Origin: Eledone cirrhosa
Lineage: Eukaryota
NCBI GenBank assembly: GCA_964016885.1
Contig: OZ024741.1
Location: 216,318,001-216,382,000, forward strand
Direction of reading: 5' to 3'
Length of the DNA stretch: 64,000 nucleotides
Position numbers and translations under genes: made by a program. A model generated the notes under the pieces. The model was not told the DNA's origin. It saw only the letters and a program-made list of their open reading frames with translations, and did not search any database. This document shows, piece by piece, positions 41,169 through 53,038 of this stretch (position 1 is its first letter; every line of letters begins with the position of its first letter).

Positions 41169-41409
41169 TTCATTATTAGCCACAGGGGCACAAAAGAAGG
41201 GGACAAATACAAAGGGGGAAGTTTACATACAATAAAAACGTGTAAAATGTTATCACAAATGGAATTTAAAAAGTTAGTCGATTTTCCCCAATAGAGGGAG
41301 ACAGTTTATATGGATAACACATACCCCCGAAAAAAAAAAATGTGCAACCCTCATCTCCAGGAGTACGAAGAGTTTGTACTCCTTTCCTCTCCTCCTCCTT
41401 TTCCTCAAC

Positions 41410-44234
41410 CTACAGGCTGATATAGAGAGAAGGCCCATTCACTCGGGCCATTCTCGCCACTTTCACCCACCTTTCATAAAACTTGCTGGGGTACAGCACC
41501 TTTCTCTCCATCCTGATTCTTCTTCCAAATTGGAATTTGAAAAAAAGAATCAGTTGTTGGCCGGAGAGAAAGGTGTCTGACCTCAGCCCTTTCAACCTTG
41601 TCCACCATACAACCTCTTTCGCCATAGCTATCACACAAAGGAAAACCGCCTCTCCTTCGTTTTTGAAGGAGGGTGGCGGTTTGATCATGACAATGGACTC
41701 GGTGGTCAACTGGATTGGTCCCACCCGCGACAATAGTCGTTCTACATAGCCCCACAGGTCAGTGACTCCCGGGCAGTGTATGAATGCGTGCGCGACGGTT
41801 TCTTCGTCTCGCACGCACCTCGGACAGATCTTTTTTGCAGGGTCCCTGCCCGGGCGCCCATGTCTGTGGAGCTTGTCTCGAACTGGTAGAGCTCCTCGGT
41901 AGCACTGCCAGGCCAGGGACTTTTGAAAGTTGTCCATGGGTCCCGGGTGGAAGGTCCTACCGAACAGACTGGCCAGTTCATCTTCCTCTACGCCTAGAGT
42001 TTCACCGAGCGCGTCGTCGCACTTGCTGCGGACCAACCCTCTATAGAATGACGAAGTGGAGTCTCCACTGATCGCCGGGTCCGCCTGCCAGAGGGCTGTG
42101 AGCGCCTGAGCACATTCGATGTGCCAGTCGCCCATTTTCCTCGGTCTTTTCTTGACCCAGGACTGCAGCTCGGTCAGCGAGACGAGTCGTGGGAAGGCTC
42201 GCCTCACGAACGGGGCCCACACCGGTTGTCCGGTGAGGAATACGTAGAGATGCCGCAGCCTGAGCGCGTGTTTGCGCATCGTCAACCACGGCATCCCCAG
42301 CCCTCCGTTAGAAGGGTGTTGGCAGCAGATGGATCTTCTCACCAAAGGAGCCCGCCTCTTCCAAAGGAATGGGAAGAGCGCGCGCTCCATTTTGGCGAGC
42401 GTTTTGGCTGGACAAGGCACGACGGTCAAGCGGTAGTAGATGGCGGACGCTATAAAAGTGTTCGCCACCTCCGCTCGACCTTTCAAGGATAGTTTGCACT
42501 CGGCCCACTTCTGGGTGAGTGCAAAGACCTTGGCCGTCACTTCGTTCCAGTTCTTCTCCACCTGGAGGTCCGGACCAAACCAGATCCCGAGCAGCTTTAC
42601 CGGTCCTTCCGTCCAGCGTCCGACGACGCCATCGGAAGGCATCGGTTTGCCTCTCCACGATCCGAGTTGCAAACCGATGGACTTGTCCCAGTTCAGCTTC
42701 GCTCCTGTCAGACTTTCGTATTCCTTCAGTAAGGTGCCGACTTCCTCGATTTGCGAGGCGCCCGACACCATTACTGTCACGTCGTCGGCGTAGGCCGACG
42801 CCGCTTTCGGCATTTCCGGTTCCAGAGGGATGCCCTGCAATAGCTCCAGCTTCCGCAGTAGTGGCTCGAGAGTCAGTACGTACAGAAGGGAGGAGAGAGG
42901 GCTCGCTGTCGAATGGATCGCATAATATGGAACGGCTCTGAGAGGTAGCCGTTCACCTTGACCCTTGAGCAGATGTTGCTGTTGTGCATTGCAGCAATCC
43001 AGCCCCTGAACACGGGTCCGAAGCCTGCCGCCTCGAGCACCGCATCCAGGTAACGATGGTCAACCCTATCGAAAGCCTTAGACTGATCCAAGTTGATCAG
43101 GGCCCCACCGAAGCCGGGTTTACACCCTACCCTCTCTATGATGTATCGCATGAGGTGGAGGTTGTCGTGTATGGACCTGGTCGGGATCGCGCATGTCTGC
43201 GCTTCTCCCACCAGGTTCTCGACGACAAGCGCCAGCCTCTTTGCCAACACCTTGGCCAAAATCTGTGTTTAGCAGAGTTATGGGCCGGAAGTTGCCTATA
43301 TCATCCCCCTTATTCTCGTCCTTCCTGATTAGCGTCACCACGCCCCCGGTTACAGAACTGGAAATTCTCCCGTTCTGTTGCCAGTTGCAGTAGACCGCTT
43401 CCAGGAGACCGGAGAATAAGTCCGGCATTGCTACGTAAAATTCGTAGGGTAGACCGTCAAGACCTGGAGATTTGCGTTTGCCGCATTGGCTCAGCGCGTC
43501 CCCTATCTCAGTGGCTGAAATCGGCTTTTCGCAGAACTTTGCCCCGCTGTCCGAGAGTCGCGGTAGGCCGTCGAGGTATGGACCGAAATCCATAGCCTCT
43601 CCCGCCGACCCCCCCCCCCCCCGAACAGCTGAGCAAAGTGCCGCTGAAAAGCCGCACACATCTGCTTCGGCTCACGTATCACGCGTCCGATATCTAGTCG
43701 ATATCTATCGGCCAGGTCAAATCGGTCGATTAACTGTTTGAGGCTGTTACACCCCCCTTTATCGGGACATGCTCCCACATAGTCCCAACGTGTATCTAGG
43801 ACTCCATTCCAGTCCCCCACTAAAAGCAAGGAGCGGGACGTTCTCAGAAAAGTCTCTAGACGTTTGAAGAAGTCTGGCCGCGGTGTCCCGGATGGGGCAT
43901 ATGCGGCCACCAGCCTGAAGGCTCCACCTTCACTACCGTCAACGTCTAGGACCACCAGTCGACCCTCCGGGTCCAGATGTACCGTCTGTGTTACGAGGCC
44001 CAAGTGTTTCCGCAGCAAAACGGCAATTACGCCCCCACCCTCCGGTTGACAAAGAGATGCGTAGATCTCAAAGTTATCGAAGATGGGGGCCAGCTGTCGC
44101 TCGCCGTGGATCCTGGACTCGCAAATGGCTACCACATCCATACTGTGCGACCTGAGGTCGTTTAAGAGTTTGCCCTGTTTCCAGGGCATCCCCAGGCCGC
44201 GTACGTTCACACATCCAACTCTTATATTGGCCAT
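41410..44234 (-). pseudogene. ORF2 of copy G, deleted and frameshifted
   Basis: ORFs 43503..44264, 43120..43659, 42873..43259, 41410..42840 (YADD). Confidence 0.9.
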
Positions 44235-44260
44235 ATTGGTGCTTAAAAGAGGAAAAGAGA

Positions 44261-46182
44261 TCACTCACCCTTCGCCTCCTGGGGACCAGGCCGCACGATT
44301 TCCATGGGGGTGTTGGAGGGGTTGTCTGGATGGGTGGTGGTTTCCGGTGGGGTGGGGACGCAGATGTTTGGTGGGGTGGGGTATGGTGGGATGGGGGTGT
44401 CTGGGGTGGGGAGACATTTGAGAAGGACGCGGTTGAGTGGTTTCACGCAGGAATTCCCCACATCCTTCTCAAATGTTTCTTTTAGGGACCTATAAGTTTG
44501 TATAGGGACCCTAATCAGTTTTAGGTTCAGTTTTTTGCTATTTTTTATTGAGTGGGCGAAAGTTTTCCCTTCGGTGAAAACCGAAGGGTCGTTCGTGATG
44601 GTCTCCATTAGTGTTTTGTTTTCAGTGTTTATGTAAGTGTAAGTGTAATTTTCTTGTGTTGTGTTTGTTTTTGTCTGTAGTTCTTGTGTGTGCTTTCGTT
44701 TTGTTGTAGGTATTTTGTTTTCAGGAGGTGGGGGTTTTGTTTGTGATGTTTTTGTTGTTTGTGTTGGTGGTTGTATGTTTGTGATAGTGTTTGCTGGTTT
44801 TTTGCTTTTGTGATGTCTTTTCTTTCTTTTCGAGCGATGGGGTTCTCCCTCGTCTTCACTGGGTGATGGCGAGATAGCCTCATCTGTTGTATCGTCTGTG
44901 TGATTGGGGAGGGGTATGTCTTGAGGAGCTGTTATGTCTGTATGTGATTTTGCAGTGGTTTTAGGTGGAGTGGGGTTGGGTGGGACTGTATTTGTTGTGG
45001 TTATTTTTGTGTGTTGGTGTTGTTGTTGTTGTGGTGGTGGTGTTGGTGGTTGTGTTGTTTTGATGGGTGTCGGCAGAAGAGCCTTTTTTTTGGTTCATTA
45101 ATTTGGGACAGGAAGCCCTCAGGTGACCCCTGCTAAAGCAATGGTAACATGAAGGCCGCCTACCCTCAACCGAAAAGTTTATGTAGGGGAGTCCGTCCAG
45201 GAGTACACGCTGTGGGATCATAGCTATTCGCTCTGGGCTCATTTGCACCAGAACTTCAATGCTAGTCCCATTGAATATATCTCTGGGGGACTTTCCTACT
45301 GACAGTATTCTGTCTTCATCAAAATTGATGAAGCCGCACAGTATCCACCATATGTTCACCTTTGGTGTGACACTCGTGATTCTGATCTTTTGTGTCCTTT
45401 TTCCCATGTATGTAGGGAAAAAGGTGTACAGGTTGGATACAATTGGCGACACAGAGTAATTTTGGGCCGTCAATTGATCCTTCATCAGTACCGAAATACT
45501 CCCAAAAAGTTTGCTTCTTTGAATGAATGCAATATCATTCATTGAATTTTTGAAAACCAGTTCAAATTCTTTCTGTGACAATTGGACTGGTTTTCGGGTA
45601 GAATTGGAAACTGTCCTAAAAACTATCGTTTTGAGAGCAGTTTCCTTGCGAATTTCTACCGGAGAATTGATGCTGAAAGCACCATTTTTTTCGAAACTGA
45701 CATATCTCCTAGCGTCCTTTAAAAGTTGTTCAGCATTTGTTATGTCGAGATATATCAATTCTTCCTTTTTTTTTAACTTTCTCTGCAAAGGAGATTTTTG
45801 GTTTCTTTGTGGAATCCGTATTGGTGGTATTGTCATTATTGTTGTTATTGTTGTTGTTATTCTTGTTGTCACCGATGTTGGTATTATCCGTATTTTCCTT
45901 GGTGTTGTTGTTGTCTTTGATGCTGGTGTTATTGGTGTTGTCTTTATTTTTTTCTTTGTTGTTGTTATCATTGTTGCTTTTATCATCATTATTGGTGTTG
46001 CTGTTATTTTTGTTGTCATTGAATTGTTTGGTGTCATTTGTGTTGTTTGAATATGAATTCGTTTTTCCATTTTCATTTCGTCTTTCCATCTCTATAGTAT
46101 CTAGTGAAGAAGACGTTGTTGACTGCGAGCTTTGTAGTCTTACCGCCTCTCCACCACCATTATCGTTGGACGCAGCGTTCAT
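44261..46182 (-). pseudogene. ORF1 of copy G, frameshifted
   Basis: ORFs 45730..46182, 44961..46076 (CCHC knuckle), 44261..44608. Confidence 0.88.
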
Positions 46183-46395
46183 AACGTAATCAAAATTTTA
46201 CAATATTTTTTCCAAAATTCGATGGAGAAAAATTTTTTTAATGGATATTCCGCCCCTGTAGGGGCGAAAATGAGTTGACCCACCACCTGAAGGTCCAGAC
46301 GGGTGGTCAAGTTACAGAATGATATAAAATTTAACTAAAAACTCACGTTTTTTTCTTACATAAACGGAAACTTCTCCGCGAAGTTACACACGTCT

Positions 46396-46402
46396 GATAG
46401 AG

Positions 46403-46478
<76 letters not shown>
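46396..46478. repeat. (GATA)n flanking the 5' end of the array
   Basis: direct inspection. Confidence 0.95.
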
Positions 46479-46642
46479 GTGTGTATGAAAAAGCGGTTGA
46501 CTTCAGAGTGAATGCGTAAATTTGAATTTAAAATGTGGGCTTCAAATTTCGTATATATATATATATGTGTGGGGGGGGGGTATATATGCATGTGTGCATA
46601 CATGCATACACATATACACTCATATATATACGTATATGTTAG

Positions 46643-46748
<106 letters not shown>

Positions 46749-47054
46749 GAGATAGAGAGAGAGAGGGGGGGGTAGAATGAGAGAAAGATATAGGCAGGTA
46801 GGGAAATACGTTGGTAGGTAGGTACGTACGTGTATAAAGATAAAAAGATCATAGTGTATATTAGAAAAGTTTAGATAAATTAATGTAATAATAACTATAA
46901 TTTTTTGAATTAGAAGCCTCGCTGTGAAAGGCAAACTTGTGGAAATATCCATTCCATTATTCCATTATGCAGCAAATGCTAAGAGATTATTTTTATACGA
47001 TACAGAGTTTAATGTCTGTTGTAGGGCTACCTTTATGATTCTGCTTACAGAGGT

Positions 47055-47076
47055 AACTATATATATACGTATATAC

Positions 47077-47120
<44 letters not shown>

Positions 47121-47284
47121 TTCTATATGTGTATGTATATATGTATTTATATATGTATGTATATATCTATTTATATATTCTAGATATGTATGTGTATGTA
47201 TGTATTTATATATATAGATGTGTGCGTGCCTCTCTGTGTGTGTATGTGTGTGTGTATGTGTGTGTATGTATATATGTATGTATT

Positions 47285-47317
<33 letters not shown>

Positions 47318-47466
47318 ATGTTTGTGTGTATATGCATGTATATATTTATGTATTTATATATATATATGTGTGTGCGTGCTTCTCTGTGTGTGTATGTGTG
47401 TGTGTATGTGTGTGTATGTGTGTGTATGTATGTGTGTGTATGTATGTATATATGTATGTATTTATT

Positions 47467-47526
<60 letters not shown>

Positions 47527-47636
47527 TATGTATGTAGTTATATAAATACATATATATATCTATATGTGTGCATGCCTCTGTGTGTGTGTGTGTATGTATG
47601 TATATCTGTGTCTGTGTATGCATATATATATGTATT

Positions 47637-47704
<68 letters not shown>

Positions 47705-47815
47705 TGTATATATATGCATGTATTTATATAAATACATATATATGCATGCCTGTGTGTGCGTGTGTGTTTGCGTGCGCTTGTGTGTCTGTGTGCGTCTGTG
47801 TGTCTGTGTGTGTAA
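47055..47815. repeat. Compound (TA)/(GT) microsatellite
   Basis: direct inspection. Confidence 0.9.
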
Positions 47816-48235
47816 CAATAATGTAGATCGATATAATATAATTTCGACCTAGTTTCACCATAACCTCTCAGTGAAAGTAAGTGCGAAAAAACTTTATCAA
47901 AGCCTCTCTTAAACGGTAATGTTTATGGAAGTTTATAAATGTGCTCCTTTCATGTTGCAATACAGAAAGCTCTTTTATCACTCCCCAAGCCTCTCTAAGG
48001 GTTTTGTTGCTACTATTTACAAAATCAGCTACGATTTGATTGAAAACAGAGCGCTTAATTTTCTGGTGATGCTGTACGTAGAACCCTGTAAATTTGAAAA
48101 TATTGCTTCCAACTGTAGCCATTGGTGTAATCTCCACAGTTGGTTTGGCACAATGGAGGCGTCCTCGTAGATTTTCTTGTAGATTAGTCCTCGTAGGTTT
48201 CCTTACCTACTCTTCATTACAGATAGACACAAGTG

Positions 48236-48457
48236 AAGGCGCGTGGCTTAGTGGTTAGAGCATTGGGCTTGCAATCGAAAGGTTTGTGAGTTCAATTCTC
48301 GGACGGGGTGATGTGTTGTTTCCGTGAAGGCGCGTGGCTTAGTGGTTAGAGCATTGGGCTTGCAATCGAAAGGTTGTGAGTTCAATTCTCGGTCGGTTTC
48401 CTTGAGCAATACCATTTATTTCACGTTGCTCCAGTTTACTCAGCTGTAGAAATGAGA
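48236..48457 (+). mobile_element. SINE family 2 with tandemly duplicated tRNA-like head
   Basis: aaggcgcgtggcttagtggttagagcattgggcttgcaatcgaaagg...gagttcaattctcgg occurs twice (~48236, ~48326). Confidence 0.75.
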
Positions 48458-49419
48458 TGATAGGACTGGGGTCCCTATCATTAAATCACCCAAGACACTT
48501 CCAATGAGATATACCTTGGAGGAGGCCAGCTAAACCTGCATAGGTATGAGCTGTAAAACAACAACAAATGAAGTATATTTTTTTTCTTTTCAGCAAGCAA
48601 GTATTCAAATTTATCAGTAATTGAGTCGTCAATTGTTCTTGCAAGGTTGATATTTTCTCTTAGTGTCCTGCAATAAAGCTGGGTTTTTTTGTAGAATCTC
48701 CTGTTTGAGCGAATGCTGGGTTTAACGTAGGCTGTAACAATGGTTTGATCTCCCCATACAACTTCAGAAGTATATGCCTGACAACCATGAATGAAGTTCC
48801 CCAATTTTTCCTCTAAAGGATAAAGTCAATTAGGTAGAGATGCCCAGCTGGGTGTCTACACGTCTACAGTTTCCGTTTGGGTTTCTGGAAGATGGTATTC
48901 CCAGCTAGGAGATTATGCTAATGTAAGAACTCTTCTAAAAATATTCTCTTTCTGTTAGTAGACTGGAGATTCCTGCGAGGTGGGGTGGCTGTTACAGCTG
49001 GTGTCGCTGGCCATTGTTCGTGGAGATGCTTTTACGGTCTTGTCCGCGGGGCACTGCCCCTCCCCCGCCGCGCACTAGGCCCTGAACCCAACATCCCCCC
49101 TCCCCCTCCCCATTCTTCTGTGACACTAGAGTCCTTGCCACCCCCTCCTCGTTTTTTCTTTCTTTTTGTCTTTTTCTCTATATTTTCCTATTTTATATTC
49201 CATTCTTCTCCATCTAAATTCTCCTTTTTTTGTTCCTTTTTCTATTAAGCTGTATTTGGCAGGTAACTTGTAGGAATTCGATTAACTATGAAATGTCGAA
49301 TATTTACAGGTTGAAATCACCTCCAATAATTAGCATAGTATGTGGAGGTACTTCAAAACTAGTTTCACTAAGGTGATGGTAAAACTCTTCTGCTTCTGGC
49401 AGCTTATTATGGGGTGTAT

Positions 49420-49630
49420 AAGGGCGGTGGATTGGCAGTATCGGACGGCATATTTGCAGCATAGAGTTACGGCCCTTTTTGATCTGAGTTCAAATCCCGC
49501 CAAGGTTGACTTTGCCTTTCATCCTTACAAGGTCGATAAAATAAAGTACCAGTCACGTACTGGGGTCGATTTAATCGACTTTCCCCTCCTCCCAAATTAC
49601 TGGCCTTGTGCCAAAAGTAGAAACAATTAT
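49420..49630 (+). mobile_element. SINE family 1 copy
   Basis: ggcggtggattggcagtatcgg...gagttcaaatccc...gcctttcatcc...ggccttgtgcc. Confidence 0.85.
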
Positions 49631-49718
49631 TAATAAATGCATTGTTTCTTTCCAGATAAATTGACATCTGACAGTTCGAAGAAGGCGTCAAAAGTAACTA
49701 GTAGCGACTTCTCTTGAC

Positions 49719-49842
49719 AATGGACAAAATTTGGCATCGTTGTGTTATCAAATATCTACATGAAAAGGGTTTAGTCCTCAAGGACATTCATGTTGACATG
49801 GTTGTTACATTAGGGGATGGCGCTCCAGCTTTATCAACAATG
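49719..49842 (+). pseudogene. mariner-like transposase N-terminal (HTH) fragment
   Basis: MDKIWHRCVIKYLHEKGLVLKDIHVDMVVTLGDGAPALST resembles mariner transposase N-termini. Confidence 0.7.
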
Positions 49843-49924
49843 TACCAGTCACGTACTCAGGTCGATTTAATTGACTTTTCCCTCCCCCATAAATTGATGG
49901 CCTTGTGCCTATATAAGAAACCGT

Positions 49925-50080
49925 TATTATGGGGTGTATAGTAACTTATCACAACAGATTTGGGATTTCCTTCAAACACTGCTATAACAATCCGGTCATT
50001 GACCTTGGTAACCTTTGTAAGCAGATTTGGGCTTGCAGTGTAATCCGTTGGACTATTGTTCAATGCTGACAAAACAAACT
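49925..50080 (-). pseudogene. APE-endonuclease fragment of an RTE-like LINE
   Basis: VNDRIVIAVFEGNPKSVVISYYTPHN resembles the RI..GNP..IS.Y.P segment. Confidence 0.5.
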
Positions 50081-50421
50081 TCATGTATCTTAATGCAACA
50101 TGAAATGACCAAATGCATGTGCGAGACGTTTCGGAGACTGAAGAATAGCAAAGCTGGGAGAGAGAGGGGAAGGGGAGAGGTTATTGGTAACAAATTAAGA
50201 TAGGTGAGTAGTCCTGTGAATAGTCCGGTGCGGGTAGGTGGGAGCCGAGCTGGGGAGACCAGGTGTGTCATTGCTACTTTTACATGTATGCAGACGGAGT
50301 GTGTTTCATGTGTGAGAGTATTTTGTGTATCGTTGATGGAAGTATACTATGTGTATGAGTGTGTATGTGTGCGTGTAAACACATTCTCACACACACACAC
50401 ACGAACACACACACACACACG

Positions 50422-50539
<118 letters not shown>

Positions 50540-50702
50540 GTATTAAGTATACTATTTATGGTTATGCAAATACAAAAACCTTTTGTAGTTATATATATTT
50601 TTATATAAACCCTAAATAGTGGTAGGCAGTAATATATTACTACCTTATTACCAGTAAGTTAAATAGCTCAATGTAATAACATCAGATGATTTACAGAGCA
50701 GT

Positions 50703-50876
50703 TATATGAATTATAAGAATCAAAGAACTGTTCAAAACATACCGAGGTTTGGATTCTTCGGAGCAATTTATTATTGAATAATAAATTGCTCCGAAGAATC
50801 CAAACCTCGGTTTGGAGGAAACAGATGTAAGCATAAAAATGTTTTGAACAGTTCTTTGATTCTTATAATTCATATA
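50703..50876. repeat. Fold-back palindrome (MITE-like)
   Basis: 35-bp perfect inner arms 50741-50775/50777-50811 around one base, plus 38-bp outer arms 50703-50740/50839-50876. Confidence 0.9.
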
Positions 50877-50879
50877 TAT

Positions 50880-50982
<103 letters not shown>

Positions 50983-51479
50983 AGAAAATGAAGGATCAGT
51001 GATGCATCGAAACAATTTATTAACATATTACAATCGGTTCTCCGGCGAACAGCTCGAGGTTCAATCTATTTGTGAATCGAACCTGACTCTGGATTCGCAA
51101 GTTCCTCAGATACGTCTAGCGACTTCTATAATCAAATGAAAAGATATATGCATATACACAGAGATAGAGCCTATATAGATTGATTTTTAGCCACACGCTC
51201 CGGGTATGAAATAGCGCTATAAGGTTTTACTTACGATTCCACGTGCATACATATTCTTGTATAGAATATGTAATTGGTATATATATATACACAATTTACC
51301 GTGTTTCTTGTACGATATATATGTCTCTTTCTCTTTCTCTATATATAAACATATATATTTTCATGTGGTTACTATGGCTCTAGAAAAAGTCTATTGAGCT
51401 TGCGTATTGAGAAACACAAAAATCTAAACATATTTGATATATTCTGATTCATTTTTTGTGTGTGTATATATATATATAT

Positions 51480-52068
51480 ATGGTGGCTGCCAACTCGTTT
51501 TCGAGTACGGCCACTACTTTATATCCATGTAGGAGACCCCTACCGATGCGCTGAACGAGTGTGACCTTTTAGTCCAGCCAGCGACTTGAAAACTCTGGTA
51601 CAAACACTACACAATTATTGACACATAGTGATGGCCCATGGTACCATGTGACGACAAGTGCAGAGAGATCTCCAGATATAAAGCAATGCCTGTGCCGTGA
51701 AGCTATTATAGTGAGCAAAGGCACTGCACAAAGCCAGTCCCACTCTCTTAACCAAGATGATTCTTACCAAAAAGAAGAACAAGTCAACATCATTGGATAC
51801 CATCAGGTTTGCAGGTGTTATATCAGAGTTTTCCTTCTCCTAGAATTCTGCCTTGACAAAGGCTAAGGGGTCATCTCTCCCGGTGATTTTGGATGGCCAT
51901 TGACTCTTAAGAGCTCCTTTGCCCTTTGACAGGTTTTGTTTTTAGTCCTGCAGGATGTCCAAAGTCACCCTCCTCACCAAGAAACCTTGGTGGGGTTGCC
52001 AGTTTAGTCGCCAACGACCTGACCATGAGACAGGTTGTACTGGGATACATGTTACCAGTAGCACCACA
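51480..52068 (-). mobile_element. Probable RTE-type 5' UTR / non-autonomous repeat between (TA)n tracts
   Basis: contains ctaggagaaggaaaactctg on minus strand, a motif I associate with RTE 5' UTRs; bounded by (TA)n. Confidence 0.35.
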
Positions 52069-52095
52069 TATATATATACACACATATATATATAT

Positions 52096-52126
<31 letters not shown>

Positions 52127-52213
52127 GTCTAACAAAGTTTTTTCGTTGCACATCTGCAACATCATCAGTGGTACTATATAAAAGATGCAGAAGCGAAAAC
52201 CAACCAAACAGTG

Positions 52214-52276
<63 letters not shown>

Positions 52277-52639
52277 GGTATCAAGTTATCGTTATAGGTA
52301 ATCCAGTTAGAGGTTGTGAGTACTCTGCGTCGTGGATAGTTTTAATGTACGACTTTGTTTAACTCAACAAGATGTTTCCATAGTTAGCCAGCGAGTTCGC
52401 GGTAATTCCTATGTAGGTTATACTTGGAGTATAATACATTATTTACCTCTGACCAACTCCTCAGAATACAAAAACAATTCACTCAATGCAAGCTATATAT
52501 AGAGAAATAGCGTATAATCAAAACAATAAGATCAATAATAAAATATATATGATAAATAGGTAGAGAACTTACAGATGTAAAAAGTAAAAAGTAAAATATA
52601 AGAAAAAAGATACAGTAAGAAAGTAAGAAAATGGAAAAA

Positions 52640-52840
52640 TATTCGATTAATTGGTGAAATATATTTCTTTAAGGGAATATATACAGGGAAGATTAATCAT
52701 ATTATAAGGTATCTATTTATGAAGTTCTAGTTAACTTTATTTAGTTACCTACCTAGCTATGTGTGGTTACACACTTGTAAACATTATCTCCTGTGATTAT
52801 TTCATATGTTTATTTATATGTTAATCAATTTCTAGTTGTT
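52640..52840. repeat. Dispersed repeat, also present (inverted-duplicated) at 60100-60470
   Basis: shared gaagttctagtt..actt..ttagttacctacctagctatgtgtg.ttacacac. Confidence 0.75.
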
Positions 52841-52931
52841 ATATATATATATATTTGTATATATATGTTTGTATATATATATATTTGTATATATATGTTT
52901 GTATATATATATATTTGTATATATATATATT

Positions 52932-53038
<107 letters not shown>

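Larger units (their letters stand above)
41168..46395 (-). mobile_element. Tx1-clade LINE copy G (E family) with ~0.59-kb internal ORF2 deletion
   Basis: colinear with E except at junction ~43689; (GATA)n on both flanks. Confidence 0.93.

Noticed and set aside
19381-46478. Array as a telomere, a CRISPR-like locus or a simple tandem duplication
   Set aside because: No TTAGGG, ordinary sequence on both sides, no repeat-spacer structure; adjacent units belong to different families
47840-48137. Possible Penelope GIY-YIG C-terminus with hammerhead remnant
   Set aside because: Only a weak RLREALI resemblance, and the core reads CTGAGAG rather than CTGANGA
48236-48395. tRNA genes
   Set aside because: tRNA-like heads run into SINE body sequence and lack a complete acceptor stem
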